Virus record (IMG/VR): IMGVR_UViG_2724679073_000002
Length of the DNA: 23,679 bases
DNA from: a virus
Taxonomy: Duplodnaviria; Heunggongvirae; Uroviricota; Caudoviricetes
Direction: 5' to 3' (one strand)
In this document: piece by piece, positions 17,575-23,679 of the stretch
Layout: each line of letters starts with the position of its first letter
How positions within the stretch are numbered: the stretch's first letter is position 1
The notes under the pieces: model-generated
What the model was told of the DNA's origin: nothing
Seen by the model: only the letters and a program-made list of their open reading frames with translations
Database searches by the model: none
Program-made: the position numbers and the translations under genes

Positions 17575-19236
17575 TTATATGAAAAAAACCGCATATTCTT
17601 TCTTTTTCGGTTCCGGGTTAAGGGACATCAGGGAGACCGCATTGAACAGCGCCATCAGCGGGTCAATTTTTCCCCGTCCACTGGCCTGTTTGGTGATAAG
17701 AATGGCGTTACCTTTAGGCTCCACCCGGGCATTGCCGACACACCAGGCCATCAGGGGCTGGTCACCATGCACCAGCACCCCTTCAGCCAGTTTGCGCTCG
17801 GTGGTTTTAATGGCCCCGCCCAGTTTCCAGCCCTGGCTTATCCCCACCACAATTCCGTCGGGGATCCCGGCTTCCGCCAGTGAATCCAGAATCTGCCCCA
17901 CCCCTGACGGGTCAATACCGATATGGTCCAGTAACTCAGCCTCATGAATGCGACGCACATATTCCGCCACTTCCGCCGTGTCATCCCCGACACGCCGGAC
18001 AATGGTCATATCTCCACAGGCAACAAGATCCTGAAACCGGGACGCCTCGCTCTTCCGTCGGACCACCGCGGTTTCATGCGCCCAGGCATGGCCCCAGCCC
18101 AGCCATTCGCGGGTCTCCCGGTCACGCCCAATCACATACATCCCCAGCAGATCATCCAGCCCTCCGCCGTCAATCCCCACCGTCACCACATCAGCACGAC
18201 GCAGGATATCGTCCAGGCTGATACAACGGCCCTGCTCTTCCCAGAAATCAGCCCCCGCCCAGCGGTCAGAGCGCAGGGCAAGACCAATTTCCACATTGGC
18301 GTGTTTTGACATGAACCCCCGGAATGTCTCTTCACCGGCTTCCCGGGCTTTACGGTACTCCCGGTACAGAAAGGCCTCATCCACTGAATAGCCGAGATTC
18401 GGATTGACCATGGCGAGGTTTTCCATCAGCAGGTTAGTCCCGCTTTCCACCATTTCAGGAGGGTGTTCAAATATCACCGGCAGAAAGTGCGGATCATGAA
18501 TTTTGCCGTCGCGCACATCCCGGGCGTACTGCAGTTTCTGTCTGAACACCCCGGCGGGCGGTTCATTCGACTGGGTGGTCGTATACACCACAAACCCTTC
18601 CGGGCGGGAGGCAAGGCCGCCTATGGCTTCACGTAACATGTCCTCCGCCTTGCACTGCTTGCCAAACAGCCACAACTCATCAATCAGCGTACCCACGGAC
18701 TTGATACCGGACACCGTATTCGGATCGGCTGCCACCACCTTCAGGGTGGTGTCCGTCACTCGGTGGGTGATGGTCCGGATATGGGTCTGTACCTGGCAGA
18801 GGTCATCCAGATCATCGTCACGTCGTACCATATCCCGGGCAGGGTTGAAGGCGTTGGCCGCCACCTCCACAGTCGGGGCCAGAATCGTGTAACCCGCCGC
18901 CTGCCGCCAGTTCAGTAACAGTGCAGTCATCATGATCCCCGCGGCCAGCGTGGACTTCGAGTTTTTCTTGGGGATAAGGATAAAAACTTCCTTGATATGG
19001 CGTACACCGGTCTGCGCATCGTAGGAGCCAAACAGGGCCGCCACCAGGTCAAACACCCACGGTGCACAGGACTCCCCGAACGTAGGGCTACCAGGTGCAT
19101 CCACAATCCGCAGTTGTTTAAAAATCGCCAGGGCATGTGCGGCCTCGTCCGGATAAATCGGATCCGGAATAATCGACAGCCCCTTTTTCAGGCGCTCTGC
19201 CCAGTCCGGGCAGGCTGTGCTCCATACAGGTATCAT
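17575..19236 (-). CDS. Terminase large subunit, 553 aa
   Basis: Size, position after the small subunit with ATGA overlap, and Walker-A-like region (ILIPKKNSKST) plus C-terminal nuclease-like region. Confidence 0.9.
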   Translation of the reverse strand: MIPVWSTACPDWAERLKKGLSIIPDPIYPDEAAHALAIFKQLRIVDAPGSPTFGESCAPWVFDLVAALFGSYDAQTGVRHIKEVFILIPKKNSKSTLAAGIMMTALLLNWRQAAGYTILAPTVEVAANAFNPARDMVRRDDDLDDLCQVQTHIRTITHRVTDTTLKVVAADPNTVSGIKSVGTLIDELWLFGKQCKAEDMLREAIGGLASRPEGFVVYTTTQSNEPPAGVFRQKLQYARDVRDGKIHDPHFLPVIFEHPPEMVESGTNLLMENLAMVNPNLGYSVDEAFLYREYRKAREAGEETFRGFMSKHANVEIGLALRSDRWAGADFWEEQGRCISLDDILRRADVVTVGIDGGGLDDLLGMYVIGRDRETREWLGWGHAWAHETAVVRRKSEASRFQDLVACGDMTIVRRVGDDTAEVAEYVRRIHEAELLDHIGIDPSGVGQILDSLAEAGIPDGIVVGISQGWKLGGAIKTTERKLAEGVLVHGDQPLMAWCVGNARVEPKGNAILITKQASGRGKIDPLMALFNAVSLMSLNPEPKKKEYAVFFI

Positions 19237-19796
19237 CCGTTGCCCTCATTATCGTTATTCACCACCAGTCGGGGGGGCGGTGGCACCGCAAAACGGTTAG
19301 CCGCTTTTTTCGCGGCATCACCTTTTGCCGATTTTTTCCCGGTATCCCCTTTTTTATGGTGCGTGAACTGCGCCAGACGCCAGGCCGCATCCAGTGCCAG
19401 TTTCGGATCAATGCAGAGGTTTTCCACCAGGATCCGCCCCATGGCTTTCACCGGATCGGGAAGACCATCCTCCATATATTCAATACCAGGAGACATCACC
19501 GCGGACGGTGGCATCTCCAGATTGTTTTCGTCCGGCTGTGGTATTGCAGCCGCCTCACGGCGACGGGGTTTATCCTCCTGCTCTGATTTTTTCTGCCGGT
19601 AAACAGGAACCTCATCCACCTCCACCGTCTCGCATTGTTTACGGGCTATAAACGCAAGCACCTCAGGATCTTTTGCCAGCTGCGAGCCTTTAACCCTGGC
19701 GGTCTTCGCCGAATAACCGGCGGCAATGGCTGACGCTGTTTTGTTTTTCCCGGACATGAGCGCCAGCGCAAATTTTCGTTTTTGCGTTGTCAGCAC
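19233..19796 (-). CDS. Terminase small subunit, 187 aa
   Basis: N-terminal HTH-like segment (KNKTASAIAAGYSAKTARVKGSQLAKDPEV) typical of small terminase subunits as recalled; sits between the cos-like region and the large subunit. Confidence 0.8.
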   Translation of the reverse strand: MLTTQKRKFALALMSGKNKTASAIAAGYSAKTARVKGSQLAKDPEVLAFIARKQCETVEVDEVPVYRQKKSEQEDKPRRREAAAIPQPDENNLEMPPSAVMSPGIEYMEDGLPDPVKAMGRILVENLCIDPKLALDAAWRLAQFTHHKKGDTGKKSAKGDAAKKAANRFAVPPPPRLVVNNDNEGNG

Positions 19797-19870
19797 AGCC
19801 TCCTCCCGGGTCCAGAACGCACTCAGCCGGGTATGGTTCAGCCCATTTTTCCCGGCGTCTCATGCCGCAA

Positions 19871-19992
19871 ATGTTAACTGCTGCCTGGTTAACATTTGCT
19901 GAAAAAGCCTGTTAACATTTTTTCCGCACAACAAACTGAATAATAAAGATAAAAACCGCAAAAATGCCCGGGCAGCCAGTTAACATGTTAAC
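19871..19992. promoter_or_regulatory. Cluster of five GTTAACAT/ATGTTAAC 8-mers; candidate terminase recognition (cosB/pac-like) sites
   Basis: ATGTTAAC at 19871; GTTAACAT at 19888, 19911 and 19979; ATGTTAAC at 19985, the last two forming the 14-bp perfect palindrome GTTAACATGTTAAC; located between the HNH gene and the small terminase gene. Confidence 0.4.
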
Positions 19993-20086
19993 TGCCCTGA
20001 AACGGGAATTTTTTCTCTGCGTGAGAGGGGGCGCGGTGTCCAAAGCGATCGTTTTTTACGCCGGATGATACCCCCCCCGGGTTGGG

Positions 20087-20452
20087 TTACAGTCCGATGA
20101 TGTCGTCCTCTCTGCCACTACCTCCGGACACCTCCGGCAGCGTCGGGTCCGGCATACCACTCGCCGCTTCACGAGCAGACTTTTGTCGATGGCATTCGGC
20201 ACAGAGCGTCCAAAGATTCGTCTCCTCATTACCACCACCGAACTGAAGTGCAATTCGGTGATCGAGTTCACTGTCACAGAGGTCAACCACACGACCACAG
20301 ATACAGCACTGCCCGGCGTCCCTCAGCCAGATATGACGCTTGAGGGAAACACGTGCACTGCCACTGACACGACGCTGCTCCCCCTTCAGAATATTCACCC
20401 GTCGGGTATTCAGTGTTTTGATTCTGCTCTGGAGTGTACGAAGCTCAGCCAT
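20087..20452 (-). CDS. HNH endonuclease (terminase-associated type), 121 aa
   Basis: Zinc-finger/HNH-like motifs CCICGRVVD...DHRIALQFGGGNEETNLWTLCAECHRQK; position immediately upstream of cos and terminase, as in HK97-like phages. Confidence 0.85.
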   Translation of the reverse strand: MAELRTLQSRIKTLNTRRVNILKGEQRRVSGSARVSLKRHIWLRDAGQCCICGRVVDLCDSELDHRIALQFGGGNEETNLWTLCAECHRQKSAREAASGMPDPTLPEVSGGSGREDDIIGL

Positions 20453-20493
20453 GTAAAATCCCCGTCATATGGCAATCAGTAAAGGAAATAAAT

Positions 20494-20694
20494 ATGTCAT
20501 CGAAAAACCGGACCCGCAGAACCACAACCCGCAATATCCGTTTCCCCAATCACATAATTGAACAGATCAACATCGCCCTTGAGCATAAAGGGTCCGGTAA
20601 CTTTTCAGCGTGGGTTATTGAAGCCTGCAGGAGAAGGCTGGCAACAGATGCAACGCATCTGCGCCCGGCCAGCATGACAAATAACGAGAAATGA
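20494..20694 (+). CDS. Small ribbon-helix-helix-like DNA-binding protein, 66 aa
   Basis: ATG at 20494 with AAAGGAAA SD; MSSKNRTRRTTTRNIRFPNHIIEQINIALEHKGSGNFSAWVIEACRRRL has basic N-tail, beta-strand, then helices, an RHH-like pattern. The track ORF 20434.. carries a spurious N-terminal extension into the HNH start. Confidence 0.6.
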   Translation: MSSKNRTRRTTTRNIRFPNHIIEQINIALEHKGSGNFSAWVIEACRRRLATDATHLRPASMTNNEK

Positions 20695-20892
20695 ACGTTC
20701 GGTTTCTTCCACCATCGCACCGGACAGGCGACTATGAGGGGACAACGCCGCGCTCCGTTAACGCGGTAAACCCCGGTGTGTATCGTTTTTGATTATCCCC
20801 GCACACTCGCGCAGAGGAGTCTCCCTGTCGGGCTGCGGTCTCTGTTAATGCAGGAATACGGCGACAATACCGCGCATGGATAATAAGGTCGC

Positions 20893-21108
20893 TCAACACA
20901 CTGGCTGTAATACCATGCGGCATTTAGCGGCATTCATCGTACACTCCACGGTTAGCTCTTCATTCGTGGCATTCACCTGAAAGGTCCGGGAGTGTAATTG
21001 CGTACATTTACCACTGAACGAACCTTCAACAAGAACACGACCACGCTGCAAAATACGGAACGGAATTGTTCCCTGAAAAGGTTCTACGGTTACCCGTAAT
21101 TTCTTCAT
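20893..21108 (-). CDS. Hypothetical protein, 71 aa, translationally coupled to Rz
   Basis: ATG overlaps the Rz stop (ATGA); Cys-containing hydrophilic protein [23 protein letters not shown]...; no homology recognised. Confidence 0.45.
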   Translation of the reverse strand: MKKLRVTVEPFQGTIPFRILQRGRVLVEGSFSGKCTQLHSRTFQVNATNEELTVECTMNAAKCRMVLQPVC

Positions 21109-21599
21109 GTATCCTCCGGATAATAAAAAGCCAGCTTAGTGCACTGAGTGCGGATATATTCCTGCGCCCCTTCCAGCTGCTTCTGCATTGTCATCAACCG
21201 TTCTCTGAGGATGAAATAATCCCGTTCAGCGGTGTCTGCCAGTCGGGGGCCGGTTGCATTATCCACGCTGGAGGTGCCGGTGGCTTCACGCACGGTACCG
21301 GGGCAGGTGGCGTTGACCCGCAGGCGCTTACGACCAGCGGCAACATCAGCGCGCAGAGTTTCATTTTCAGCTCTCGCATCGGCTAATTCCTTCGTGTATC
21401 TGGCATCAAGCGCAGCGACATCTCGCTGGCGCTGCTGCATGTCAGTAATAGTGGCATTCGCCAGTTTCAGCTCACTGACTTTTTTATCGCGCTGCGCTTT
21501 GTAGGTGATGGCGTTATCGCGGTAATGATTCAGCCCCAGACTAAGCACACCACAGGCTACCAGCATGACAATAATCACCACACACAGAACACGGTTCAT
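21105..21599 (-). CDS. Rz: i-spanin Rz, 164 aa
   Basis: Start at [17 protein letters not shown] (ATG 21599); [16 protein letters not shown]...[25 protein letters not shown] matches lambda Rz as recalled; N-terminal TM segment. Confidence 0.9.
   Translation of the reverse strand: MNRVLCVVIIVMLVACGVLSLGLNHYRDNAITYKAQRDKKVSELKLANATITDMQQRQRDVAALDARYTKELADARAENETLRADVAAGRKRLRVNATCPGTVREATGTSSVDNATGPRLADTAERDYFILRERLMTMQKQLEGAQEYIRTQCTKLAFYYPEDT
21194..21379 (-). CDS. Rz1: o-spanin Rz1 lipoprotein embedded in +1 frame of Rz, 61 aa
   Basis: Lipobox LVVSAC followed by Pro-rich [36 protein letters not shown], closely matching lambda Rz1 as recalled; fully nested in Rz. Confidence 0.85.
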   Translation of the reverse strand: MRELKMKLCALMLPLVVSACGSTPPAPVPCVKPPAPPAWIMQPAPDWQTPLNGIISSSENG

Positions 21600-21600
21600 A

Positions 21601-21687
21601 TCACCACCAACGGATTGCCCAGACCAGAACAGCAATGGCCACAATACGAATGGCAAATGCCATTGCCCGAATAAGTTCAGCACTCAT
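21601..21687 (-). CDS. Candidate small hydrophobic peptide, 28 aa
   Basis: [28 protein letters not shown]; stop TGA one nt before the Rz ATG; too short for the ORF track. Confidence 0.25.
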   Translation of the reverse strand: MSAELIRAMAFAIRIVAIAVLVWAIRWW

Positions 21688-21698
21688 CTTTTTAAAGT

Positions 21699-21821
21699 TC
21701 ACGATTTCAGCGCAATGACCAGTTTTGCCAGCCCATACAGCATCGGAGACACAGCAATACCAACAGCCACCCACTTAATAGCAAAAGCCAGCGCTCTGCT
21801 GATGTCATCAGTCACTGTCAC
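21699..21821 (-). CDS. Candidate small membrane peptide, ~40 aa, putative GTG start
   Basis: (V)TVTDDISRALAFAIKWVAVGIAVSPMLYGLAKLVIALKS; GTG overlaps the stop of the upstream 43-aa ORF (GTGA); the longer 90-aa track ORF in this frame looks non-protein-like at its 5' end. Confidence 0.25.
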   Translation of the reverse strand: MTVTDDISRALAFAIKWVAVGIAVSPMLYGLAKLVIALKS

Positions 21822-21949
21822 CCCAGCAGCCCCGACGAAGACAACATCACCCAGGCGAGGGACAGAAAAAGAGCAACCAGCATTAGTGAAAATGAAATAC
21901 CGACAATCACACACAGGACCTTTGCCGGCGTTATGAGTTTGTCTGACAT
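21818..21949 (-). CDS. Candidate small membrane peptide, 43 aa
   Basis: MSDKLITPAKVLCVIVGISFSLMLVALFLSLAWVMLSSSGLLG; ATG 2 nt after the stop of the upstream 31-aa ORF; one TM segment. Confidence 0.35.
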   Translation of the reverse strand: MSDKLITPAKVLCVIVGISFSLMLVALFLSLAWVMLSSSGLLG

Positions 21950-21951
21950 AG

Positions 21952-22047
21952 CTACCCCTTAATTGCCACAATTAACTGGGATACTACCCATAAAAAAGGG
22001 ATGCTCCAGACCAGCAAAAATTTCCAGTTTGGTAATTGACTAATCAT
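21952..22047 (-). CDS. Candidate small membrane peptide, 31 aa
   Basis: MISQLPNWKFLLVWSIPFLWVVSQLIVAIKG with AGGGAG SD 9 nt upstream; the track ORF 21952..22164 extends 5' through a terminator hairpin and is probably over-extended. Confidence 0.35.
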   Translation of the reverse strand: MISQLPNWKFLLVWSIPFLWVVSQLIVAIKG

Positions 22048-22118
22048 GAGTCGCAACTCCCTAATCAGTTTGCTAAAATCAATCAAGGCAGCCTCCCATA
22101 GCTTACTGCCATAAAAAC

Positions 22119-22151
22119 AAAACCCCGCTTGCTGCCAACAAACGGGGTTTT
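22119..22151. terminator. Bidirectional intrinsic terminator-like hairpin downstream of the endolysin gene
   Basis: AAAACCCCG (22119..22127) / CGGGGTTTT (22143..22151), 15-nt loop; T-rich flank on both strands. Confidence 0.5.
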
Positions 22152-22241
22152 TACTTTTATTCACTTAGGTTTTGCCAGTTCACAGGACTTCGTGTTATCC
22201 GCCCGCGTTGGCCAACCTCATTTTTCAGCAAAATATTCTGC

Positions 22242-22775
22242 TTATCTGTCGATTCCCCAGCACGCCAGCGCGCTCTCCTGGTCACGACGGAATACCTGAC
22301 CGTAACAGTTATTTGAGCGAATACGGCAGTCTCTGCCACCGTCCTTAATCCACCAGCGAATCGCTTCGCATGCTCCCCTGCGATCACCTGCATTAATTCG
22401 TCTGTAAAACGTCGACGGGAAACACTTACCGGGACCAATGTTGTACGGACAGAATGACGCGATCCCCGCTTTCTGGGGTTCGGTCAATGGCACTTTGATG
22501 TTTTTCTCCACCCATGCCAGCGCCTTATCACGCTCAATGGCGTTAACCCGGTCGCATTTTTCCTTCGACAACTTCATGCCCGGAACGACAGGTTTGCCAT
22601 CCACCAGGATGGCACCGCGGCAGATGGTCCAGATACCCGCGCCATCACGGTATGCCGTGGTGTGGTTACCTTCCTTTTCATCCAGAAACTGGTCGAGAAT
22701 GTCAGGCGCAGGCGCACCAGCGGCAATCAGCGCCAGAACGGCAGCCGACAGGCCGTATCTGATTTTTGCGTTCAT
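22242..22775 (-). CDS. R: SAR endolysin (T4-lysozyme-like), 177 aa
   Basis: Weakly hydrophobic Gly/Ala-rich N-terminus (YGLSAAVLALIAAGAPAP) typical of signal-anchor-release endolysins; catalytic E-x8-D-x5-T spacing in EGNHTTAYRDGAGIWT. Confidence 0.9.
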   Translation of the reverse strand: MNAKIRYGLSAAVLALIAAGAPAPDILDQFLDEKEGNHTTAYRDGAGIWTICRGAILVDGKPVVPGMKLSKEKCDRVNAIERDKALAWVEKNIKVPLTEPQKAGIASFCPYNIGPGKCFPSTFYRRINAGDRRGACEAIRWWIKDGGRDCRIRSNNCYGQVFRRDQESALACWGIDR

Positions 22776-22880
22776 GGATATTTATCAGGATTTATCGGTT
22801 TCTGAGCCCTGGATATGTTTATCAGTTCCAGCCTGTTGCCTCAGGCTGCTAACAGGTCAATACAATCATGAGGATTATTT

Positions 22881-23153
22881 ATGGACAATAACACCATTTC
22901 TCTACAGGAGTTGCTCGACAGCATTTCCAGGCTTCGGGAAGACGTGAATACCCTTACCGTCGCCTTCTCATATCTGGCATTCTCAATTCCAAGGGAACAG
23001 ATGCAATCAACGCTGGCATCAATCCAGTTTGAATCATGCAATCCCAAATGGTCTCAGGAACAACAAGACTCTTTCAGGCGGCTTGCTGTATTACTGGATG
23101 AAAAATATGCTGGTAAAATTACCATTTCGGCGGACTCTTCAGAGAACCCGTAA
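22881..23153 (+). CDS. Hypothetical protein, 90 aa, opposite-strand gene between holin and endolysin
   Basis: ATG at 22881 with AGGA SD 8 nt upstream; helical protein-like translation; candidate -10 TACAAT at 22861; GC hairpin plus T-run about 50 nt past its stop; overlaps the 3' end of the 114-aa minus ORF by 35 bp. Confidence 0.4.
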   Translation: MDNNTISLQELLDSISRLREDVNTLTVAFSYLAFSIPREQMQSTLASIQFESCNPKWSQEQQDSFRRLAVLLDEKYAGKITISADSSENP

Positions 23154-23463
23154 TTATTCCCGGTAGTTTTCCTCTGTAGGTTATCAACACATCCTGCGCC
23201 TCTAAAATTACGGGGCGCTTTTCCGGCGACTGCTCATCCCCTTCACATAACCCGGCAGCAACATCCAGGAAGACCTGTCTGATGCTCCTTCTGGCTGCTG
23301 CCTCATAAAACTCCAGCGCGGCACCTTCAACACGGTCCAGCGAGATGTCCAGGTCAAAAATTTCACCGTCAAAGCGTTTTTTGTCCCGTAACGCTAAAGT
23401 TACCGTAACTTTATTCTCAAAATTGCGGATCCCTTTCACAATCAGTTCATAGTTTTGAGTCAT
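23119..23463 (-). CDS. Hypothetical protein, 114 aa, between holin and endolysin
   Basis: Starts 4 nt after the holin stop; N-terminal ~65 aa looks like a folded domain (YELIVKGIRNFENKVTVTLALRDKKRFDGEIFDLDISLDRVEGAALEFYEAAARRS) and may resemble small uncharacterised proteins seen in this position in E. coli cryptic prophages (from memory). Confidence 0.55.
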   Translation of the reverse strand: MTQNYELIVKGIRNFENKVTVTLALRDKKRFDGEIFDLDISLDRVEGAALEFYEAAARRSIRQVFLDVAAGLCEGDEQSPEKRPVILEAQDVLITYRGKLPGIITGSLKSPPKW

Positions 23464-23467
23464 TGAA

Positions 23468-23674
23468 TTACTCTCCCCGTGCCGCCTTACGACGGTCCTC
23501 TCTGATTTTGAAATACAGGTTAGTCAGATATGTCAGCAGCCCAAACAGCAGACTCCCCAGCACGCCTATTGCCGCCCACTGAGACGGGGAAACCCTGTCC
23601 AGCAACTGCAGGAACCAGTAGCCCGTTCCCACCGCTGACGTGGTGTATGACACACCTGTTGTGATTTTTTCCAT
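23468..23674 (-). CDS. S: Pinholin (phage 21 S-like class II holin), 68 aa; a longer upstream start cannot be excluded because the window ends at 23679
   Basis: [68 protein letters not shown] closely matches phage 21 S as recalled; two TM segments and a charged C-terminus. Confidence 0.9.
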   Translation of the reverse strand: MEKITTGVSYTTSAVGTGYWFLQLLDRVSPSQWAAIGVLGSLLFGLLTYLTNLYFKIREDRRKAARGE

Positions 23675-23679
23675 CTGGT

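Larger units (their letters stand above)
1..23679 (-). mobile_element. Lambdoid prophage late region (lysis, packaging, head, tail, lom); both prophage ends lie outside the window
   Basis: Contiguous minus-strand operon-like array of phage lysis, terminase, capsid, portal and tail genes with lambda-like H-M-L-K-I-J-lom order and 4-bp start/stop overlaps between many neighbours. Confidence 0.9.

Noticed and set aside
19871-19992. CRISPR array from the GTTAACAT repeats
   Set aside because: Units are only 8 bp, irregularly spaced and in both orientations; this fits protein-binding sites, not CRISPR repeats.
20066-20073. Poly-C tract (8 C) as a phase-variation switch
   Set aside because: It is intergenic, just downstream of the HNH stop and not within a coding region or promoter spacer that I can identify; more likely part of the cos region.
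20494-20694. RHH protein as antitoxin of a toxin-antitoxin pair
   Set aside because: No toxin-like ORF is adjacent on the same strand; downstream plus-strand sequence has only an 11-codon ORF.
21565-21936. 123-aa plus-strand ORF in the R-Rz spacer
   Set aside because: Low-complexity Thr/Pro/Ser-rich translation antisense to the hydrophobic minus-strand ORFs; no SD.
22157-22438. 93-aa minus-strand ORF overlapping the endolysin 3' end and the terminator
   Set aside because: Out of frame within the well-supported endolysin gene and reads through the terminator hairpin.
22829-22848. Inverted repeat CAGCCTG-N6-CAGGCTG as a terminator
   Set aside because: No U-run on either strand; more likely an operator or 5'-UTR structure upstream of R and of the plus-strand ORF. 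Not enough evidence to call a function.
22841-23047. 68-aa minus-strand ORF between the 114-aa gene and R
   Set aside because: Ser/Cys-rich, non-protein-like translation and no SD; the fully overlapping plus-strand 90-aa ORF is the better coding candidate, though neither is proven.

Overview
The whole window reads as the late region of a lambdoid prophage from an Enterobacteriaceae (E. coli-like) genome, with nearly every gene on the minus strand. All protein identities below come from reading motifs and recalling reference phage proteins; no database search was run. In transcription order (high to low coordinate) it holds: a phage-21-type lysis cassette (pinholin, SAR endolysin, Rz/Rz1) interrupted by extra small genes; a divergent RHH gene and HNH endonuclease; a cos-like repeat region; small and large terminase; a fused prohead protease-major capsid protein; a portal with a ~410-aa C-terminal extension; four head-tail joining genes; major tail protein; the G/G-T chaperones with a conserved -1 frameshift site; tape measure H; M, L, K, I, J; and the start of lom. 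I found no integrase, tRNA, rRNA, CRISPR array or recognisable multi-gene defence system. The items most worth a second look are: (1) a ~340-bp insertion between I and J carrying a sigma70-like promoter and a strong intrinsic terminator with no ORF, i.e. a candidate small RNA; (2) the portal extension with near-identical 162-bp tandem repeats and a carbohydrate-binding-like C-terminus; (3) four tandem small hydrophobic ORFs between endolysin and Rz; (4) a convergent gene pair between holin and endolysin; (5) repeated GTTAACAT motifs in the presumed cos region.
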